Positions 49,175-62,317 of a DNA stretch of 64,000 nt are shown one piece after another. The notes beneath the pieces are model-generated. The model saw only the letters and a list, made by a program, of their open reading frames with translations, did no database searches and was not told the origin of the DNA. Both the position numbers and the translations under genes were made by a program. The first letter of the stretch is position 1, and the number at the start of each line of letters is the position of its first letter. This DNA is from Felis catus (lineage: Eukaryota), in the NCBI RefSeq assembly GCF_018350175.1, contig NC_058368.1:92692001-92756000 (forward strand), given 5' to 3'.

Positions 49175-50736
49175 CTGGAGGTATCCCAATTCCAAACTTC
49201 AAGTCACATTACAAAGCTAAAGTAATTAAAACAGTATGGTACTGGCACAAAAATAGACACATAGAGCAATGAAACAGAACAGAAAGTCCAGAAACCAGCC
49301 TACTGGTCAATTGCTCTAATTATATGGTCTAATTATATGGTCAATTGCTCTTTAACAAAGGAGGCAAGAATATACAATGGCAGAAAGACAGTCTCTCCAA
49401 CAAATGGTGCTGGGAAAACTGGTTGGCAACATCAAAAGAATGAAATTGGATCACTTTTTTACTCCATACAAAAAATAAACTCAAAATGGATTAAGGACCT
49501 AAATGTGAGGCCTGAAAGCATAAAAATCCTAGAAGAGAGCATGAGTAGTATTTTCTCTGTCATTGGTTGTAGCAACATCCTTTTTGATATATCTCTTGAG
49601 GAAAGGGCAACAAAAGCAAGAATAAACTATTAGGAAGTCATCAAAATAAAAAGCTACACAGCGAGGGAAAAAACCAACAACACTAAAAGACTATGGAATG
49701 GGAGAAAATATTTGAATGACTTATCCAATAAAGGGTTAGTACCCAAAATGTATAGAGAACGTAAACAACTCAACACCAAAACCCCCCAAATAATCCAGTT
49801 AAAAACTGGGCAGAAGATATAAACAGACATTTCTCCAAAGAAGACATACAGATATCCAACAGACACATAAAAAGATTCCCAATGTTACTTATTAGGGAAA
49901 TTCAAATCAACACTATAATGAGAGATCACTTCACATCTATCAGAATGGCTAAAATAATTTTAAAAAAAGGTCCAGAAAGCACAAGTGTTGACAAGGATGT
50001 GGAGGAAAAGGGACCCTCGTGCACTGTTAGTGGGAATACAAACTGGTGCAGCCACTGTGGAAGATAGTATGGAGGCTCCTCGAAAAGTTAAAAACAGAAG
50101 TACCCTACAGTGCAGTTAATCACACTACTGGGTATTTACTCAAAGAATACAAAAACACTAATTTGAAAGGATACATACACCTCTATGTTTATGGCAGCAT
50201 TATTTGCAATAGCCAAATTATGGAAGCAGCCCAAGTGTCTATTGACAGGTGAATGGACAAAGATTTGGGAAATGTATCTATGTATATCAAAATAGTTCTG
50301 TCTTTCGATCTCTATTATACACATACATACACACAATGGAATATTATTCAGCTATAAAAAGAGTGAAACCTTGCCATTTGTAATGACATGGATAGGTCTA
50401 GAGGTATAATGCTAAACGAAATCAGCCAAAGAAAGACAAATACTGTATGATTTCACTCTTATGTGGAATTTAAGAAACAAAACAAATGAACAAAGGAAAA
50501 AAAAAAAAAAGAGAAAAACCCAGAAACGGACTCCTAACTCTGAAGAACAAACTGATAGTTACCAGTGGGGAGGTGGGTGGGGCATGGTTGAAATCGGTGA
50601 TGGGGAGTAAGGAGTGCACTTGTGATGAGCACCGAGTGTTGCATGGAAGTATAGAATCACCAAATGCTACACTTGAAAACTAATATTACACTGTGTGTTA
50701 ACTAACTGGAATTTAAATAAAACTTGAAAAAAAAAA
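49175..50736 (+). mobile_element. 5'-truncated carnivore LINE-1 (about 1.55 kb) inserted in an L2 relic
   Basis: ORF2 peptides [46 protein letters not shown]; ends AACTGGAATTTAAATAAAACTTG-polyA. Confidence 0.95.
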
Positions 50737-50904
50737 CTTCTCCAAAAACTACAAATGCAGGGGAAAAAAAAGAAACGTGCCTCTCCTTATGGACCATGAA
50801 TAAAGTGGAATGACTGTCAGCATGATTCTGGAATCTAGGTAGGAAGAGGAAACCAAAACACAGGTCACTAACTGATAATCTACAGCAACCAAAAGATTTT
50901 GCAA

Positions 50905-51728
50905 GGTAATTGAAACAATGAGATAACACTGCATCCCTATAAACATGGCAAAAATCCACAGTGCTGACAACAGCAAATGCTAGTGAGGATGTGGAGGAAC
51001 AGGAACTCCTGTCCATTGCTGGTGGGAATGCAAAATGGTGCAGCCACTTTGGAAGACAGTTTGGCAGATTCTTCCAAAATGAAACATCCATGTGCCATAA
51101 GATCTGGTAATTTCATTTCTTGGTGTTTCCCCCAAAGAATTAAAGCTTTAGCTCACATAAAATCCTGTATATAAATGTTTATATCAGCGTCATCCATATT
51201 GCCAAAACTTAGGAGCAATCACGATATCCTTTCATAGGTGAATGAATAAATGAACAGTGGGTACATCCAGACAATGGAATATCAGTGATAAAAAGAAGTA
51301 TGCTATTAAGCCAGGCAGGAACATGGAAGAACATTAGATGCATGTTGTTAAGTAAAAGAAGCCAATCTGAAAAGGCTTCATACTGTATGATTCCAACTAT
51401 ATGACATTCTGGAAAAGGCAAAATTAAGAAGACAGTAAAAAGATCGTTGGCTGCCAGGGGGTTATACATTTCATTATACACTTGTCAAACCCATAGTGTA
51501 TACACCAGGAGTGAACCCTCAGGTAGACTATGGACTTGGGGGTGATAATGACGTGTCAGTGTAGACTTATTACTGGTAACAAATCTGCCACTCTGATGTG
51601 GTGTGTTAATAGTGTGGGAAGCTGTGTGGGTAGGGAAATGAGATATATGGGAAATCTGTGTACCTTCTATACCTCAATTTTGCCATGGACTTAAAAGTGC
51701 TTCTGAAAAATAAGTGTATATAAAGGAA
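50905..51728 (+). mobile_element. L1MC-like 3' fragment
   Basis: GCTGGTGGGAATGCAAAATGGTGCAGCCACTTTGGAAGACAGTTTGGCAG; GAGTGAACCCT..GACTATGGACTT; same family as 16492-19225, opposite strand. Confidence 0.88.
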
Positions 51729-53382
51729 AAACTGTGTCTTGGAAAGACTGGACATAGCTTGTTAATTGGTTAGAATGTTGTGGGTGAGAGTGAGGGAGAG
51801 AGATGACATTGCCTGAATTTCCATCTCGAATGATGCAACAACTGGGGTGCCATTCACCCACCTCAGTGGGACTAACAGGAAGAGGGGAGAGAAAGAGGGT
51901 GATGAGGTGAGAGAGAAATGGAAGGGGGAATTAGATTGCTAGTTTCAGGTAAGACCCTTTCAGAAAAGAAATTTGCAAGGCAACTCAGGATTAACAGCTG
52001 AGTGAGTGGCTGGGATTCTGGGAGGTGGGGGAGGGGGTGTTTGCTAAATTATGTCATAAAGTATTTTCTCCATCACAGTGTTAGTTGGTGGACTATATAT
52101 AATGTAAAAATAGATTGATATCTTCCTGCATTCCTATCAACGAATGGAATCTCTGTTGTAGCATGGTGTGGAGAATCCTAATTCTCCTCCATTCTGGGAA
52201 TCTCTCTGCTCTAGATCGATTTAGTAATACGTCAGGGTTTCATTAAATTTGCTAAACTGATTATTCCATATGGTTAGGTTTATGAAATATAATTCTTCCA
52301 AGCAGCAAAATGTGAACAGTAATTTAGATGTTCCGGGAAACTTCAAACTTCTCTAATTGAGGCAAATAATCTTTCTTGGTTAACTTGCCTTGTAAACATC
52401 CTATCAAAAGCAGGCATTTGTCACCTGCAATGTGGTTTTGTAATTCTCCAGACTGTGGCTAGTATTGTGGAAATTATAAATACAACAAATTAATGTTCTC
52501 TGCTTCGAATCAGCTGTTGGGGACCTTGCATGAGGCATCAGAATAGATGAGGTTGATGACAGACCCCTTATGAAAATCCTACACATTCACTTGGATAACT
52601 TGCATGACCCTTGATAGAAGATGACACCAGTGCCAGTGTTGCTATAGAAATGTCGAATTCTCCGGCAGATGCTGATATCTAGACTTCCCAAGTTTTGCCA
52701 CCTTGTCTGAATCATGGTAGGCTTTCTGTCACTTGAGAAATGACCATTCTGGGTGATCTAGGAAATACCGGCACATTGCAGGAAAGAAGTTGTAATTAAA
52801 AGGGAAAAGGAGACAGTAGTAGATAGCCTTTGGGGTATCATCCAATGAAATAGCCTACCTACTCTTTTGGTGTTTGATCCCAGACTGATGAGGAATGGGT
52901 CACCCAACTTTGTACTAATATAAGAATAGCTGCTTGGTCCAGTGGTAGAAAAATATGTGCTTGCTAGAATCTTTTTCTTGGTATTCTGGAATTGGGTTAT
53001 AAAGACACCTGGCATGTGTTGGCATGAGATTCTGCCATGTGTGTGAAGAAGTAGAGAAGGCAGAGCTGTAGAGGTGGAATGAAAAGAAGCAGAAGGTAGA
53101 GAACAGAAGACATGACATAGATAATGGAGGGTCTGATTGGTTCCAGCTCTTTCCGGGTGAAGTGGCCATGAAATGCTCACTCAGGAGCCATGGTAGGGAA
53201 TCCAGCCCTTGTGTTCTCCACCTTCCCTGCCAGTTACAAAGACCAAGAGTGGAAGACAAGTGGATCCTTATGGGGAAACCAGAGGGTCATTGCCAGAGGT
53301 AATGAATACCGGGCAAAGAAAACAATGGATGTTGTTAGCAGTCAGACAGGCAAAGGGAGAATTTTGCAACATTTGGAAGTTT

Positions 53383-53703
53383 TTTTTTTCTTTTTTCTTT
53401 TTTTAAATAAGTTTTTATTTTAATATATATATTTTTAAAGTTTATTTATTTATGAGAGAGAGTTTGACAGAGCGTGAGCAGGGAAGGGGCAGAGAGAGAG
53501 GGAGACACAGAATCTGAAGCAGGCTTCAGGCTCTGAGCTGTCAGCACAGAGGCCGACACGGGGCTCGAACTCTGGAACTGTGAGATCATGACCTGAGCCA
53601 AAGTTGGATGCTTAACCAACCGAGCCACCCAGGCGCCCCCTCAAGTTTTTATTTAAATTCTACTTAGTTAACATATAGTGTAATATTAGTTTCAGGAGTA
53701 GAA
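53383..53703 (-). mobile_element. Extremely truncated L1 3' tail with nested SINE
   Basis: TTAGTTAACATATAGTGTAATATTAGTTTCAGGAGTAGAA at 53664-53703; flanked by TGGAAGTTT. Confidence 0.75.
53421..53640 (-). mobile_element. Can-SINE
   Basis: TSD AAGTTTTTATTT at 53409 and 53643. Confidence 0.95.
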
Positions 53704-53712
53704 TGGAAGTTT

Positions 53713-53942
53713 GTTTGTTTTTTTTTTTAATTTTTTTTTCAACGTTTATTTATTTTTGGGACAGAGAGAGACAGAGCATGAACGGGCGAGGGGCAGAGAG
53801 AGAGGGAGACACAGAATCGGAAACAGGCTCCAGGCTCCGAGCCATCAGCCCAGAGCCCGACGCGGGGCTCGAACTCACGGACCGCGAGATCGTGACCTGG
53901 CTGAAGTCGGACGCTTAACCGACTGCGCCACCCAGGCGCCCC
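53713..53942 (-). mobile_element. Can-SINE, young felid subfamily
   Basis: Nearly identical to 1-205; CpG-rich; TSD TGGAAGTTT. Confidence 0.97.
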
Positions 53943-55304
53943 TGGAAGTTTTTTTTTGAGTATCTAATGAAAGTGACCCCCAAAATTACATGAGGAGTCA
54001 CTGTAGAATTTAGATTTCTTTAGAATTTTTGGTATGTAGAGGATAAAGTAAACTGTTATTTAAAAAAAAAAAATCTTCGTTAGTATTGAATTTGTGATTA
54101 TTTGACCAGGATCAGCTTCATACAGTGTGTGAAGAAAGGGTTCACTGGAAAGTTGTCAGAAGACAGTTTCTGTTTATTCCCTTAACCACAGGCTTTAGGA
54201 GGTGGTTTGGCAATATCCATTACTTCCTGAAAATATGGCTGACGATTACAAATGCATTTTTCAGGCCCATTTTGAAACTGAAAACAATATTTAGTAATTC
54301 AGACCTACAGGTGACATCTCCCATGTTGCTTGAATTAGATAAATTTCTACTTGGACTCCATCCACCTTTTTTTTCCCTTTGGAGACTTTGGTTTGGAACA
54401 GTTATCAATTTACTTACACTGTTGAAAGAATTATTCTTGGATTATAGGGATGAGGACAAGTCCTCATCTTCTGCTTCCCTGGACAGTTTCTCACCCATTC
54501 ATTCGATTCGTCATAAAATTACCATCTGCTTCCACGAAGAGAAGTCACGCAGGGAAAGGGGCAGACAGCTCTTTTTGGGTAATGGTCTTCGGTCGCTGCC
54601 TCTGCTTGTAAGAAGGATGAGAGGGCTCTGTGACCTTGACAGTGGTAGACAGTCAGCTCTGCAAACAGTGGGAGTAGAGAGCATGAACACATGCCAAGAG
54701 GGGAATTTAGTTTCTGGCTTTATTTTTGTAGAAGAAATCAAGCATGCCTAAGTGTTTCAGAAAAGCTGGCTTCGGAGTAGCTGGACAGCTGCATACTAGG
54801 ATGTAACTGGAGACTTCCCAACCTAGTCACTTGTGTACCTGCGTTGGGTGTGACTACTCACAGAACCTCAGGAGCTGTTGTCAGCAAGGCTCAAGGAGGA
54901 CAGCCTCTATCACACCCATTCTCCTACCTAACCCTCCCGACTGCTCTAGCAACTCTCTGAATGCCTTGGCCTTCCTTTTTCTAGAAAACACAATGGATGT
55001 TACAGCGTAGTCCCTCACACTTGGGATTAGCTAACAGCAGTGCCCAGGGGCTCTTTCTTCTGTCATGGCACCATGCTCTTGGGTGACCGTACTCTGCCTA
55101 TGAAGTGACTGGAGAACGGTGAAGTACGTAAGCCCACAGGACACCCAGGTGTCCAGAAAAGAGACATGCAAGGAGCCTGGAGGAAATGTCTTCACCTGTC
55201 CTGAAAGGTGGAGAGAAAGGTGAGGAAGGTCATTGAGAAGAGGAGGGAAGCTTTCCTGGTGGGAAGAACCTCACAAACGAACACAGAACTGGGAGTAGCA
55301 ACGT

Positions 55305-55500
55305 CATTATCATTCACTGAGCCTTCATACCATAGGCCCTGTGCCACTATATGACATGCATTATCTCATTTAATTGCCACAGAGAAGTACTGTTCACGTT
55401 CTTACATTAGTGCTGAGGAAAGAAGCTCAGGGAGGCAAATTGGCTTGCCCAAAGTCACACAAAGCTAGTAAGTGGCAAAGGCTGGATTGCCTGAGGCAGA
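55305..55500 (-). mobile_element. MIR
   Basis: ACATGCATTATCTCATTTAAT..TGAGGAAAGAAGCTCAGGGAGG..GCTTGCCCAAAGTCACACAAAGCTAGTAAGTGGCA. Confidence 0.8.
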
Positions 55501-55779
55501 TATATTTGCAAAGATGGGGAGAGGCTGGCCTTGCTGTAGCCAAAGGGTTGTGTCCTACAGAGTTGTTCTGTGCTCGTAGCCTTTAGCTAGAACAACCATA
55601 TAACTCAGGAGCTAGAGAGCTGTGAAAGGAAGGGTTTACTCCATGGAATTCTCCAGCCTGCTGAAAGGGCACATCTTTGACTCTCATGATTTCTGGGGGG
55701 TCCCAGTGCTATGGTGAGCTATCTGGAAATCGTTCTTCACCACCTACCCCAAACAATCACAGCACATCAACACATCAGT

Positions 55780-55782
<3 letters not shown>

Positions 55783-55816
<34 letters not shown>
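55783..55816. repeat. (CA)n microsatellite
   Basis: About 17 units. Confidence 0.97.
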
Positions 55817-55819
<3 letters not shown>

Positions 55820-57447
55820 AACTGGAAATATTGATAAGTGACAGAAAGTCATCCCTCCATACCTGCTGGATAATCTTGGTCTGCCGAGCAAAATCAAAAC
55901 CACACTTTCCCAGGTCACGGATCATGGTATCCCTCATGCTCAGGAAGGTCTGGAGGAGGTGTTGTGTCCAGACACAAGATGGAGGCGAGGGTGATGCAGG
56001 AGTTGAGGCCTTGGAGTCTACCAGAACTGAACTTTGATCCCATTTTTTCACATGTAAGGTGAGGGTAACAGTGGTGACCTTATAGGTGGTTATGATGAGT
56101 ACCATCCAAGAAGACCCCCAAAGGTGTTGATGCCTTAACATGGAGACATTGAGTGCTCTGTAAATACAATTAAAAAGCATAATTGGCAGGAGAATCCATT
56201 TATTCATAAATTGGTTACAGTAGTTGTCCAGATTTAGCCAAAGCTATCCAGTAGGTTGGTTCAGGAGCTAGGCCAAGAGCTTGGTGTTCCGATTTGCACA
56301 CCACTGGCTGTTCTTACTACTTGTGTTCCATTATTAAAGAGTACCACGTGAGATACTGTGTTCAGACCATCAGATCGTAATGAAAGTGATAAGTTACATA
56401 ACATTTATGATAAATCAGGGGAAAATTGTGTATGACAGAATTTTCTGTTAAGCATTCACCTTTGCCTACTTTGTAAAAAAGTTCTATTTTAATTCCAGTT
56501 ACCCTATAGTGTTATTTTAGTTTCAGGTGTACAGTTAAAGAGATTCAATGATTCCATACATCACCTGGTGCTCATTACAGGTTCACTCCTTAATCCCCAT
56601 CACCTATTTCCCCCGTCCCCCCAAGCACGTCCCCACCCTGGTAACCATCAGTTTGATCTCTAGAGTTAGAGTCCATTTCTTGGTTTCTCTTTCTCTTGTT
56701 TTCCCCTTTGCTCATTTGTTAGGATTCTTAAATTCCACATATGAGTGAAATCATAGGATATTTGTCTTTCTCTGACTGGCTTACTTCACTTAGCATTATA
56801 CCTCTAGATCCATCCATATCATTGCAAATGGCAAGATTTCATTGTTTTTTTTTTTTTTATAGCTGAATGACATTCCATAACACACACACACACTGTATCT
56901 CCCTTATCCATTCATCAATCAGTGGACACTTGGACTGCTTCCATATCTTGGCTATTGTAAATAATGCTGCCATAAACATAGGGGTGCATTCAAAGGGTGC
57001 ATCCCTTTGAATTAGTATTTTTGTATTCTTTGGGTAAACATCCAGTAGTGCAGTTGCTGGATCATAAGGTAGTTTTTTTCTTTTTGCGGTACCTCCATAC
57101 TGTTTGCCAGAGGGGCTGCACTGGTTTGCATTCCCACAAACTGTGCAAGAGCAATCCTTTTTCTCCACCTCCTCACCAACACTGTTGTTTCTTGAATTGT
57201 TGATTTTAGCCATTTTGACTGGTATGAGGTTATATCTCATTGTAGTTTTGATTTGTATTTCCTGGAGGGTAAGTGATGATGAACATATTTTCATGTGTCT
57301 GTTGGCCATCTGTATGTCGTCTTTGGAGAAATGTCTGTTCATGTCTTCTGCCCATTCTTTCTTTAATTGGGTTATTTGGGTTTTTGTTTTGTTTTTGTTT
57401 TTTGTTTTTTTGGTGTGGAGTTTTAGTTCTTTATTTAGGATACTAAC

Positions 57448-57831
57448 TGGTTTTTTTTGGTATTTTAATTTAATTTAATTGTTAAATTTACATCCAAGTT
57501 AGTTAGCATATGGCACAACAATGATTTTAGGAGTAGGTTCCTTAGTGCCCCTTACCCATTTAGCCCATCCCCCCTCCCACCACCCCTCCAGTAACCCTCT
57601 GTTTGTTCTCCATATTTAAGAGTCTCTTATGTTTTGTCTCCCTCCCTGTTTTTATATTATTTTTGCTTCCCTTATGTTCATCTGTTTTGTATTTTAAAGT
57701 CCTCATATAAGTGAAGTCATATGATATTTGTCTTTCCCTGACTAATTTCGCTTAGCATAATACCCTCTAGTTCCATCTCCGTAGTTGCAAGTGGCAAGAT
57801 TTTATTCTTTGTGATTGCCGAGTAATACTAA
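57448..57831 (-). mobile_element. Nested younger L1 3' fragment
   Basis: Same 3' UTR type as 11918-12310 (ATCCAAGTTAGTTAGCATAT); TSD GATACTAAC at 57439 and 57832. Confidence 0.92.
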
Positions 57832-57857
57832 GATACTAACCTTTTATTGGATATTTC

Positions 57858-58058
57858 TTTTTTTTTTTAACGTTTATTTATTTTTGAGACAGAGCATGAA
57901 TGGGGGAGGGTCAGAGAGAGGGAGACACAGAATCCGAAACAGGCTCCAGGCTCCGAGCTGTCAGCACAGAACCCGACGCGGGGCTCGAACTCACGGACCG
58001 CGAGATCATGACCTGAGCCGAAGTCGGACGCTTAACCGACTGAGCCACCCAGGCGCCC
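57858..58058 (-). mobile_element. Can-SINE, young
   Basis: CpG-rich; TSD TGGATATTTC at 57848 and 58059. Confidence 0.96.
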
Positions 58059-59324
58059 TGGATATTTCATTTGCAAGTATCTTCTCTCATTCAGTAGGTT
58101 GCCATTTAGTTTTGTTTATTGTTTCCTTCACTGGGTAGTAACCTTTTATTTTGATGAAGTCCCAATAGTTTACTTGTGCTTTTGTTTCCCTTGCCTCAGG
58201 AGGCATAACTAGAAAAAAAGTTGCTATGGCTGATGTCAAAGAGGTTACTACCTGTGTTCTCTTAAAAAGGATTTTTATGGTTTCAGGTATCACATTTAGG
58301 TCTTTACTCCATTTTGAATTTCTTTTTGTGTACGGTGTAAGAAAGTGGTCCAGTTTCTTTCTTTTGCATGTAGCTGTCCAGTTTTCACAGCGCCATTTGT
58401 TGAAGAGACTGTCCTTTTCTCATTGGGTGTTCTTTCCTGCTTTGTTGAAGATTAATTGACAATACAGTTATAGGTCCATTTCTGGGTTTTCTATTCTGTT
58501 CCATTAATCTATATGTCTGTTTTTGTGCCAGTAACATACTGTCTTGATGACTACCAGCTTGGTAATATATCTTGAAGTCTAGAATTGGGATGCCTCCAGC
58601 TTTGCTTTTCTTTTTCAGTATTGCTTTGGCTATTTGGGGTCTTTTGTGGTTCCATACAAATTTTAGAATTGTTTCTTCTAGTTTTGTGAAAAAGGCTATT
58701 GGTATTTTGATAGGGATTGCATTAAATGTGTAGATTGCTATAGGTAGTATAGACATTTTAACAATATTTGTTCTTCCAATCTATGAGCATGGAATGTCTG
58801 TCCGTTACTTTGTGTTATCTTTAATATCTTTCATCAGTGTTTTCTAGTTTTCAGAGTATAGGTCTTTACCTCTTTGGTTAGGTTCATTCCTAGGTATTCT
58901 ATTATTTTTGGTGTAATTGTAAATGGGTTGTTTTCTTAATTTCTGTTTCTGCTGCTTCATTATTGGTGTATGAAAATGCAATAGATTTCTGTACATTGAT
59001 TTTGTATCTTGCGATTTTACTGAATTTATTAGTTCTAGCCGTGTTTTGGTGGAGTCTTGAAGACTTTCTATATATAGTATTATGTCATTTTCAAATAGTA
59101 AAAGTTTTACTTCTTCCTTACCAGTTTGGATGCCTTTTATTTCTTTTTCTGTCTGATAGCTGAGGCTGGGACTTCCAGTACTGTGTTGAATAAAAGTGAT
59201 AAGAGTGGACATCCTTGTCTTATTCTTGACCTTAGGGGAAAAGCCCTTAGTTTTTCCCTGTTAAAGATGATGTTAACTGTGGGTTTTTCATGTAAGACCT
59301 TTATTGTGTTGTGGATTGTTCCCT

Positions 59325-59551
59325 TTAAAAAGATTTTTTTTTAATGGTTATATTTATTTGTGAGACAGAGAGAGACAGAGCACGAGTGGGGGAGGAGCAG
59401 AGAGAGAGGGAGGCATAGAATCCAAAGCAGGCTCCAGGCTCTGAGCTGTCAGCACAGAGCCTGACGCGGGGTTCAAACTCATTAACTGTGAGATCATGAC
59501 CCGAGCTGAAGTCGGATGCTCAACCAACTGACTGAGCCACCCAGGCGCCCC
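59325..59551 (-). mobile_element. Can-SINE
   Basis: TSD TGGATTGTTCCC(C)TTTAA. Confidence 0.95.
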
Positions 59552-60274
59552 TTGGATTGTTCCCTTTAAGCCTACTTTGTTGAGGGTTTTTATCATGAAT
59601 GGATGTTGTACTCCCATAGATGTTGTCAAATGTGTTTTCTGCATCTCTTGAAATGATTTTATGGTTCTTATCCTTTTTCTTATTGATGTGATGTATCAGG
59701 TTGATTGATTTGTGGATGTTGAACCACCCTTGCAAGCCAGAATGATGTTTTTAATATATTGCTGTATTTGGTTTGCTAGTATTTTGTTGAGGATTTTTGC
59801 ATCTGTGTTCATCAGAGATACTGACTTGTGTTCTCTTTTTTAGTGGTATTTTACCTGGTTTTGGTATCAGGGTAATTCTGGCTTCATAGAATGGAAGTTT
59901 TCCTTCCTTTTCTATTTTTTGGAAGAGTTTGAGAAGAATATATATTCACTCTTCTTTAAATGTTTGGTAGAATTTGCTTCTGAAGCCCTCTAGTCCTGGA
60001 GTTTGATTTGTTGGGAGTTTTTTGATTACTGATTCAATTTCTTTGCTCGTTATCAGGTTTTTCAAATTTTTTATTTCTTCCTGTTTCACTTTTGGCAGTT
60101 TATATATTTCTAGGAATTTCTAGGAATTTATTGATTTCTTCTAGTTTGTCCAGTTTGTTGGCATATAATTTTCCATAACATTCTCCTATAATTGTTTGTA
60201 TTTCTGTAATGTTGGTCGTTGTCTTTTCTCTTTTTTCTTGATAAGTCTGGCTAGAGGTTTATCAATTTTATTGA

Positions 60275-60491
60275 TTTATTATTATTTTTTTTTAACGTTT
60301 ATTTTTGAGAGAGAGAGAAAGCAAGCACAAGTTGGGGAGGGGCAGAGAGAGAGGGAGACACAGAATCTGAAGCAAGCTCCAGGCTCTGATGTGTTAGCAC
60401 AGAGCCTGACATGGGGCTCGAACTGATGCACTGAGAGATCGTGACCTGAGCTGAAGTCATACACTTCACCAACTGAGCCACCCAGGCACCC
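60275..60491 (-). mobile_element. Can-SINE
   Basis: Core motifs; TSD-like CAATTTT..GATTT. Confidence 0.93.
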
Positions 60492-61001
60492 AATTTTTTC
60501 GATTTTTTTCAAAGACTCAGCTCCTGGTTTCATTGGTCTGTTCTATTGTTTTTTAGTTTTTATATCATTTATTTTTGCTCTAATCTTTATTATTTCATTC
60601 CTTCTGCTGGCTTTAGGCTTTATTTATTTTTCTAGCTCCTTTAGGTATAAGGTTAGGTTGCTTATGTGAGATTTTTCTTGCTTCTTGATGTAGGTCTATA
60701 TTGCAATAATCTTCCATCTGAGAACCACTTTTGCTGCATCCCAGAGGTTTTGGACCACTGTGTTTTCATTTTCATTTGTTTCCATGTTCTTTTTAAAATT
60801 TCTTCTTTTATTTCCTAGTTGACCCATTTATTATTTAGTAGCATAATATTTAATCTCCAGGTATTTGTGGTCTTTACAATTTTTTTTTTTAATGGTTGAC
60901 TTCAAGTTTCAGAGCATTGTGGCCAGAAAGATGCATTGTATAACTTTGATCTTCTTGAATTTGTTGAGGCTTGTTTTGAGGGTTAATATGTGATCAATTC
61001 T

Positions 61002-61212
61002 GGGGGCACCTGGGTGACTCAGTCAGTTAACCATCTGACTTTGGCTCAGGTCATGATCTCATGGTTCGTGAGTTTGATCCCTGCACCTGGCTCTGTGCTG
61101 ACAGCATCGAGCCTGAAGCCTGCTTCAGATTCTGTGTCTCCCTCTCTCTCTGCCCTTCCTCTACTCAAATTCTCTCTCTCTCTCTTAAAAATAAATAAAC
61201 ATTTAAAAAAAT
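61002..61212 (+). mobile_element. Can-SINE
   Basis: TSD AATATGTGATCAATTCTGG. Confidence 0.95.
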
Positions 61213-61564
61213 ATGTGATCAATTCTGGAGGATATTCCATGTGCACTTGAAAAGAGTGTGCATTTTGTTTTAGGATGGAATCTTCTGAATATACCTGTTA
61301 AATATATGTATTCCAGTATGTCATTGAAAGCCACTGTTTGCTTTTGATTTTCTGTTTAGATGATTTGTCCATTGATGTAAGTGGGGTGTTAAAGTCTCCT
61401 TCTATTATTGTATTATTGTCACTTAGTTCCTTTACGTTTGTTATTGTTTTATATATTTGGGTGCTTTCATATTGGGTACATAAATATTTATAATTGTTAT
61501 ATCTCCTTGTTGGATTGCCCCCTTTATTATCATATAGTGTCCTTCTTTGTCTCTTGTAGAGTGT

Positions 61565-61694
61565 TTGTTTTATTTTTTAAAAATGTTTATTTTGGTGGGG
61601 GGGGGGGGAGAGAACGAATGAATGAGAACATGTAGCTCATGACCTGAGCCAAAGTCAAGAGTTGGACACTTAACTGACTGAGCCACCCAGGTGT
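61565..61694 (-). mobile_element. Can-SINE, internally deleted
   Basis: Tail, then CATGACCTGAGCCAAAGTCAAGAG..GAGCCACCCAGGTG. Confidence 0.85.
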
Positions 61695-62317
61695 TTCTAC
61701 AGTTGTTTTAAAGTCTAGTTTGTCTTTTATAAGTTTTGCTACTCTGGTTTTCTTTTTGACATCCATTTGCATGATACAGTTTTCTCAATCCCCTCAGTTT
61801 CAATCTGTAGGTGTCCCAGGTCTAAAATGAGTCTCTTGCAGGCAGAATATAGAAGGATCTTGTTCTTTTTATCCATTCTGTCACCCTGTGTGTTTTGATT
61901 GGAGCATTTAGTCCATTTATATTCAAAGCAATTATTGATAGATATGTATTTATTGCCTAAATTTACTTGTTTTGTGTTTTTTTTCTGAAGATTTTCTCTG
62001 ATCCTTTCTTCTCTTTCTTTCATGTTTTGCTGGCTTTCTGTAGTGAAATATTTGGATTCCTTTTTCTTTATTATTTACATGTTTTCAGCAGTTTTTGATA
62101 CATGGTTACCTCTTTTTCATATAGCCATCTGTGTTATGTTGATGATATTTAAGTTTGAACTCATTCGTTTTTCCTTCCTCCTGACGTTTTAGGTATGTGT
62201 TATTGTATTTTATATCCTTTTATTTTGTCATTTCCTGGACTTTTCACAGAAATATTTATTTTTACTGCTTTTGTGTTTCCTACATTTATACTGTGTCGTT
62301 GGATCTCTCCTTTGTAC

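Larger units (their letters stand above)
56728..61959 (-). pseudogene. L1 ORF2 remnant (endonuclease/reverse transcriptase), disrupted
   Basis: N-term reads *AINTYLSIIALNINGLNAPIKTHRVTEWI (start codon lost); RT region [63 protein letters not shown]; many frameshifts and insertions. Confidence 0.93.

Noticed and set aside
54125..54751. Longest ORF (208 aa, + strand)
   Set aside because: GTG start, no recognisable domain or family resemblance, no clear splice context; compatible with a chance ORF. A BLASTP/PhyloCSF hit would overturn this.
973..61250. Many similar short ORFs with AQVMIS..SVLTAQSLEPASDSVSPSLS
   Set aside because: These are translations of Can-SINE copies, not a gene family.
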